Position numbers and translations under genes: made by a program | Assembly (NCBI GenBank): GCA_963662545.2 | Contig: CAXXLL010000002.1 | Location: 224,001-288,000, forward strand | Reading direction: 5' to 3' | DNA: 64,000 nt | From: Gammaproteobacteria bacterium | GTDB taxonomy: Bacteria; Pseudomonadota; Gammaproteobacteria; Ga0077536 | The notes under the pieces: generated by a model | Databases searched by the model: none | What the model saw: the letters and a program-made list of their open reading frames with translations, nothing else | Told to the model about the DNA's origin: nothing | Shown: in pieces, positions 58,882 to 64,000 of the stretch | How the letters are laid out: every line of letters begins with the position of its first letter | Numbering within the stretch: the first letter of the stretch is position 1

Positions 58882-61638
58882 TCAATCGATCTGCATACGC
58901 ACCGAGTCCATTAAGCGCTGATGGGATTCGAGCAAGCGCGAGCCCAAGATATTGCTGATGTTTTGGTGCAGCCGCGCGGCGATACGCGGGTAAAAGCGTA
59001 GGCCCTTGCGGGTGCTTTCGGCTTCGAGCCGAACGACCGTCATCGGCTCTTTGGCGGTCACGGTGGCCGTGCGCTCGACGTTCTCCCCGGAGAATCCGAT
59101 CTCACCCACGATGCCGCCCGGGCCAATTTCATCGAGCGCCAGCGCGATGCCTTCGCGTTCGATCGAGATATCCGCACGCCCCTGCAATATCACGTACATG
59201 CCGCTCGATACCGTGCCCTGCTGGATCACGGTTTCGCCGGTGTCGTAATCCTGCATGTTCGACAGCACCACGACTTTCTTGACGTCGAACGGTGACATGC
59301 CGCTGAAGAGCGGGCAGTTGACGAGCACTTCGCGGTCGAGTTGCAGGGCAACGATGTCCCAGACCGTGGCCAGGCGTAGATGCCTGAGCAGGATCGGCAT
59401 GATGAGCAGATCGGCCACCGCGGCGTAGATCATCGTCGCGGCGGCGAGCAGGCCGAACTGCGCCACGATGCTGAAGTTCGACAGCGCCAGCACACCGAAG
59501 CCGAGCGCCAGCGCGATCGAGGTGGAGACGATCGGGACGGCTTCGCCGCGTATTGTCGCGCGCACGGCATCGCGTTCGTCGAGGTGCAGTTTGCTCTCCG
59601 TGCCGAAGCGCGTCATCAGATGAATGGTGTCGTCGACGGCAACCCCGATGGCAATGGCCGCGACCATCGCGGTACCCGGATTGAGCGGCACGCCGAGGTA
59701 GCCCATGAGACCGAAATTGAGCACGATCGGAATGAGGTTAGGCACCAACGCCAGCAGACCCGCGAGCCATGAGGTGTAAAGCACCGTGAACAGCACGAAG
59801 ATCATGAACAGGATCAGAAGCAGCGATGCGAACTGTCCTTTCATCAGGGATTCGGCGGCCCGGTTAACCATCAGATTCTTGCCGGTGATCGCGAATTCGA
59901 TGTCGGGCCCGAGTAGGGTCGGCAAGACTTCCAGCAACGCATCGACGGCGGCGTTCAAGCGCACCGAATCACTGACGTTGTGCCGCACGGAGATGCGCGC
60001 GGTCGAATAGTCCTCCGTGACGAAGCCCTCGAGATCCCCGCGGGTCAGGCTGGACAGATAGAGGTCGATATCCTCGGCTGATTCGGGGATCTTGTGGAAA
60101 TTGGTATCACCGGCATGGAATTCCTGGTGCATGAGGGACATCAGGGTCGCAAGCGACAGGGTCTTGTCGTAAAGGCCCTGGTGATCGATAAGACCTTGCA
60201 CCGCGTCGATCTTCTTCATCCCGGCGCTGGTTTCGAACAGTCGCGGTATCTTCGAGGTCATGGTGACACTGAAGACCTGCAAGCCGGCGAGTTCCTCGTG
60301 CACGGTGTTGGCGTCGCGTACGAAGGGATGATCATCGGGGAAGTAGGACAGCGGATCGTTATTGACGTAAATGTCGAACGCCTGGACACCGAACCAGAGC
60401 ATGACGGCGATCGTGGCGGCAATGACGACGACCGGCCCCCGTTCACTGGCGGTCTCGACGGCGCGAACGATGATGCCGATGATGCCGCCCGGCATGCCCG
60501 AGACACGCCTCAGGCGGTTCACGCGCGGCCCCAGCCAGTGCAGCATTAGCGGTACCGTCAAAACCGTGACGATGAGATTTGCGATCATGGCGAATGCGCT
60601 GGCCAGCGCGAATTCGAAGATCAAGGGGATCTCGGTGATGACGTTCGCAAAGAAGCCGATCGACGTGGTGAGGGCGGTGATGACGATGGGCAGGCCGACG
60701 TGCCTGGCCATATGCGCCACCGCGCGCCGACGCTGATCCTCCGGATCATCGTCGAGGCCTTCGAGGTAGGACGCGATCAGGTGTACGTCTTCGACCGAAC
60801 CGACGACGATGATGAGCGCCGGGATCATTGCGGTCAGAAGCGTTATCGGAATGCCCGCGGCGGCCATGAACCCGAGCGTCCATAACACGCTCAGACCCGA
60901 GGTGACGAGCGGGATCGGTATGACCCGCACGGACTTCAGAAAAAACGTGATGACCACTACGAGGATCAGCAGTGAGGCAGGGATCAATCGTTGCAGGTCC
61001 TTGAACAGGCCGCGGTCGATCTCGACATTCAGGCGCGGCCGTCCAAGCTGAAAAATGACGTGAAAATCGTCTTTGAGCGGCGCGACCCGTTCCTCGATCA
61101 GCCGGAAGATCTCGATCTCGTAATTCGGGTCTTCGGGCTTGCTTTTGTAGCCGAGGCTGATCGCCGTGGCGAGTCCGTCTTTGGAAATGAAATTTTCCCT
61201 GATGAGGGGGCTGTATTGGGCATCATCGCGATACCCCGGCAGTTTTTCCGGTGTTGCGGGGACCAGGATCATCAGGGGTCCCGCATCGACATAATCACCT
61301 TGGTCCCGGATGCTGGTGGCCGTGAGCAGGTCGCCTACAGAGGTGAATTCCGGCGTATTTTCAAAGGCGATCGTGACGGCCTGGAGCTGCTTGAGCCGCT
61401 CTACGGTCCAGAGGTCCTTGGCGCGCAGGTAGACGATGACGGACTGTTCGTCGCCAAAGTCGGTCTGCATCTGGTGGAACTGGTTCCAGCCCGGATCGTC
61501 GGCGCTGATGAGGCGGTCATCGCTGCGGTCGAGCTTGAGGTTCGGCAGCTGCATCCAGGCTGCGACAGAGACGGCAACCACTACCACGAGCGCACCGAAG
61601 CGCCCGCCTCCATCTAGAGTTAGAAGGCGATTGATCAC
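58882..61638 (-). CDS. MMPL/RND-family transporter with a C-terminal cyclic-nucleotide-binding domain
   Basis: Two TM blocks (GSVEDVHL, GVAVDDTIH). C-terminal PLFSGM...GMYVILQG...GEIG...RTATV. Confidence 0.88.
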   Translation of the reverse strand: MINRLLTLDGGGRFGALVVVVAVSVAAWMQLPNLKLDRSDDRLISADDPGWNQFHQMQTDFGDEQSVIVYLRAKDLWTVERLKQLQAVTIAFENTPEFTSVGDLLTATSIRDQGDYVDAGPLMILVPATPEKLPGYRDDAQYSPLIRENFISKDGLATAISLGYKSKPEDPNYEIEIFRLIEERVAPLKDDFHVIFQLGRPRLNVEIDRGLFKDLQRLIPASLLILVVVITFFLKSVRVIPIPLVTSGLSVLWTLGFMAAAGIPITLLTAMIPALIIVVGSVEDVHLIASYLEGLDDDPEDQRRRAVAHMARHVGLPIVITALTTSIGFFANVITEIPLIFEFALASAFAMIANLIVTVLTVPLMLHWLGPRVNRLRRVSGMPGGIIGIIVRAVETASERGPVVVIAATIAVMLWFGVQAFDIYVNNDPLSYFPDDHPFVRDANTVHEELAGLQVFSVTMTSKIPRLFETSAGMKKIDAVQGLIDHQGLYDKTLSLATLMSLMHQEFHAGDTNFHKIPESAEDIDLYLSSLTRGDLEGFVTEDYSTARISVRHNVSDSVRLNAAVDALLEVLPTLLGPDIEFAITGKNLMVNRAAESLMKGQFASLLLILFMIFVLFTVLYTSWLAGLLALVPNLIPIVLNFGLMGYLGVPLNPGTAMVAAIAIGVAVDDTIHLMTRFGTESKLHLDERDAVRATIRGEAVPIVSTSIALALGFGVLALSNFSIVAQFGLLAAATMIYAAVADLLIMPILLRHLRLATVWDIVALQLDREVLVNCPLFSGMSPFDVKKVVVLSNMQDYDTGETVIQQGTVSSGMYVILQGRADISIEREGIALALDEIGPGGIVGEIGFSGENVERTATVTAKEPMTVVRLEAESTRKGLRFYPRIAARLHQNISNILGSRLLESHQRLMDSVRMQID

Positions 61639-61784
61639 CAGTTATTCCCAAGCCCCGTTGCTGGCCACATGGTAGTTCCCAAGCTTGAAATAATCGAGTC
61701 CGCAGCCCTCACAGGCATACTGCGTTCACCTGCCGGGGTTCCGTATACTGTGGCTTGACTGGTCGAAGATCGGGGAGGGCGGAC

Positions 61785-64000
61785 TTGTCGTTTGACGAAC
61801 TCTTGGATGCGGTACGCCAATTGATGGAGCGTGACGGCCGCGTGGCTTATCGTGTGCTCAAGCGCCGCTTTGAACTCGACGACGAGGACATCGAGGACAT
61901 CAAGGCCGATCTGGTCGACGCGAAACGCCTGGCCAAGGACGAAGACGGCAGGGTACTGGTGTGGATTGGCGACGCCGGCGGGGGATCGGATCCGGCACCC
62001 TCGAGCCGGCCCGAAAACACGCACGCCGTTGCCGACCATGCGGATCGGCGCCTGATCACGGTGATGTTTTGCGACATCGTCGGCTCGACGGAATTATCGG
62101 GTCGTTTCGACGCCGAGGAACTCAGGGATCTGGTGCGCGAATATCAGGGCGTCTGCGCGGAAGTCATCGCGCGTTGCGATGGGCACATCGCGCAGTATCT
62201 GGGTGATGGGCTGCTGGTTTATTTCGGCTACCCGGTGGCGCAGGAAGACGAAGCCGGCCGCAGCATTCAGGCGGCCCTTGAAATCCTCGATGCGCTGAGC
62301 AAAGCCGAACCGTTACAGGCTCGACTCGGAGAACCCCTGCGGGTGCGGATCGGTATACACACCGGGCCGGTCGTCATCGGCGAAATGGGCGGGGCCGATC
62401 GTCACGAGCGGCTCGCGCTCGGTGAGACGTCGAATATCGCCGCACGGGTGCAGGGGTCGGCGAGACCCAACGAAATATTGATCACCGCGGCCACCCACCG
62501 CCTGGTGGACGGACTCTATGAATGTGAATTGCACGGTCCGCACATCCTTAAAGGCGTCGCGCAACCCATCGACCTCTACACGGTAAAAGGGGAAGCCGCC
62601 CCCTTGAATCGTTTCGAAGTGGCGCTCAGTACCGGAGCCTTGTCGGAATTCGTCGGCCGTCAACAGGAACTGCAACTGCTCGCCCGGCACTGGGCCGAGG
62701 CACGCGAGGGGCGCGGCCACGTCGTGCTCTTGAGCGGCGAAGCCGGCATGGGCAAATCGAGACTGGTGCAGGAGTTCAAAAAAGAGGTCGGCGACGACGC
62801 ACGGCAGATCACGCTCAGATGTTCGCCGAATCACCAGAACAGCGCCTACTACCCCATTGTTCAGCTGCTCCGGCGGGTTTTCGGTATCGAAAACGATGAT
62901 TCTGAAGCGATGCGTATACAGAAGATGGAGTCGGCGCTGGAACCCTATGCATTCACGAAACCGGAAACAGCGCCTCTGTTCGCATCGCTTCTTTCACTCG
63001 ATCATCCCGACCAGGGCCAGCTCGTCCCGCTTGATCCGCAGGCTCGCAAGACCCTGATGTTTGAAGCCTTGATCGATTGGTTTCTCGAAGAAGCGACGGC
63101 CCGGCCTGCCTACGTGATTTGGGATGACGTGCATTGGATGGATCCCGCAAGCGCCGAGCTGCTGGACCTGTATCTGGATCACATACCCGCTTCGCGGACG
63201 CTTGCGTTGGTGATTTACCGATCGGATTTCGTGCTGCCTTGGAATCAACGCACATTTTTCGAACACCTCTCCATCGGGCGACTCCCGGAAACTGAGGTCG
63301 AGGCAATCATTATGAACGTGGCCGAACGGGAAACGATTCCCGCGGAGCTTCTACGGCATATCAAGGACAAGACGGACGGCATTCCGCTCTACGTCGAAGA
63401 ACTCACCAAGACCATTGTCGAAGCGGATTTGCTGGAGCAAGCCGACAAAGGCGGGATTACCGAACCGTTGCAGGACATCGCGATCCCCGCGACTCTGCAC
63501 GACTCACTCGAAGCCCGCATCGATCGATGCCCGAGCGGTAAGCATATCGCGCAATGGGGCGCGGTGATCGGGCGAGAATTCGGCTACGAACTGCTGACTC
63601 ACCTCGTCGACGACCGCGCCGTGTTGTCGCGGGGCCTGGACGAATTACTCGATGCCGAATTGTTATATCGCAGCGGTACGCGTGCGGATCCCAGCTATAT
63701 ATTCAAGCATGCGCTCATCAGGGACACCGCCTACGAATCGCTGCTCAATAAACACCGGCGTGCCCGCCACGCGGAAATCGCCGAAGTGCTCGAACAGCAC
63801 TATCCGGAAACCGTGCAGCGCGAACCGGAGCTGGTCGCTTATCACTTCGCCGAAGCCGGCATTCACGAGCGCGCGGTCGAACATCTCTACGCGGCGGGAC
63901 AGCGGGCGGTGGAGCGTTCGGCCGCCCCGGTGGCTCAGGGGCACTTGCACAAAGCCTTGAAGATCGTCGCGTCCTTGCCCGATACGGTTGATCGCGCTCG
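61785..64000 (+). CDS. Class III cyclase / STAND-like NTPase protein (3' partial; absent from the ORF track)
   Basis: GGAGG then TTG 61785. Hand translation: ITVMFCDIVGST, QYLGDG, RIGIHTG, GETSNIAAR, GEAGMGKS, DDVHW, FKHALI. Confidence 0.9.
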   Translation, partial: MSFDELLDAVRQLMERDGRVAYRVLKRRFELDDEDIEDIKADLVDAKRLAKDEDGRVLVWIGDAGGGSDPAPSSRPENTHAVADHADRRLITVMFCDIVGSTELSGRFDAEELRDLVREYQGVCAEVIARCDGHIAQYLGDGLLVYFGYPVAQEDEAGRSIQAALEILDALSKAEPLQARLGEPLRVRIGIHTGPVVIGEMGGADRHERLALGETSNIAARVQGSARPNEILITAATHRLVDGLYECELHGPHILKGVAQPIDLYTVKGEAAPLNRFEVALSTGALSEFVGRQQELQLLARHWAEAREGRGHVVLLSGEAGMGKSRLVQEFKKEVGDDARQITLRCSPNHQNSAYYPIVQLLRRVFGIENDDSEAMRIQKMESALEPYAFTKPETAPLFASLLSLDHPDQGQLVPLDPQARKTLMFEALIDWFLEEATARPAYVIWDDVHWMDPASAELLDLYLDHIPASRTLALVIYRSDFVLPWNQRTFFEHLSIGRLPETEVEAIIMNVAERETIPAELLRHIKDKTDGIPLYVEELTKTIVEADLLEQADKGGITEPLQDIAIPATLHDSLEARIDRCPSGKHIAQWGAVIGREFGYELLTHLVDDRAVLSRGLDELLDAELLYRSGTRADPSYIFKHALIRDTAYESLLNKHRRARHAEIAEVLEQHYPETVQREPELVAYHFAEAGIHERAVEHLYAAGQRAVERSAAPVAQGHLHKALKIVASLPDTVDRA

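Overview
High-GC bacterial chromosomal window, probably Gammaproteobacteria (inferred from an E. coli-type LexA box). Left to right: gcvT(partial)-gcvH-gcvP; a ~13 kb accessory island; metabolic genes around recQ; a ~16 kb Tad/Flp pilus locus; SDR/GFA/TRAP/nitroreductase genes; a head-to-tail triple of one IS; and a tandem-PilZ gene plus an MMPL-cNMP fusion divergent from another cyclase-NTPase gene that runs off the window. The most unusual part is the island. It holds three ~1,120-aa paralogues (double Zn-ribbon, class III nucleotide cyclase, STAND-like P-loop NTPase, TPR-like tail) and a collapsed relic of a fourth that the ORF track misses. These are interleaved with three different toxin-antitoxin modules (VapBC, RelBE, and a deleted HigBA-like relic) and headed by a DUF222-HNH gene with an SOS box over its -10 element. 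The Tad locus has an IS256-disrupted pseudopilin, a CpaB with 40-aa repeats, a small protein resembling the CpaB tail, and a TPR lipoprotein with a 78-bp tandem repeat. Several frameshifts and a garbled IS junction may be long-read consensus errors. No rRNA, tRNA or CRISPR array was seen. All family calls come from recognising motifs by eye; no database search was run.
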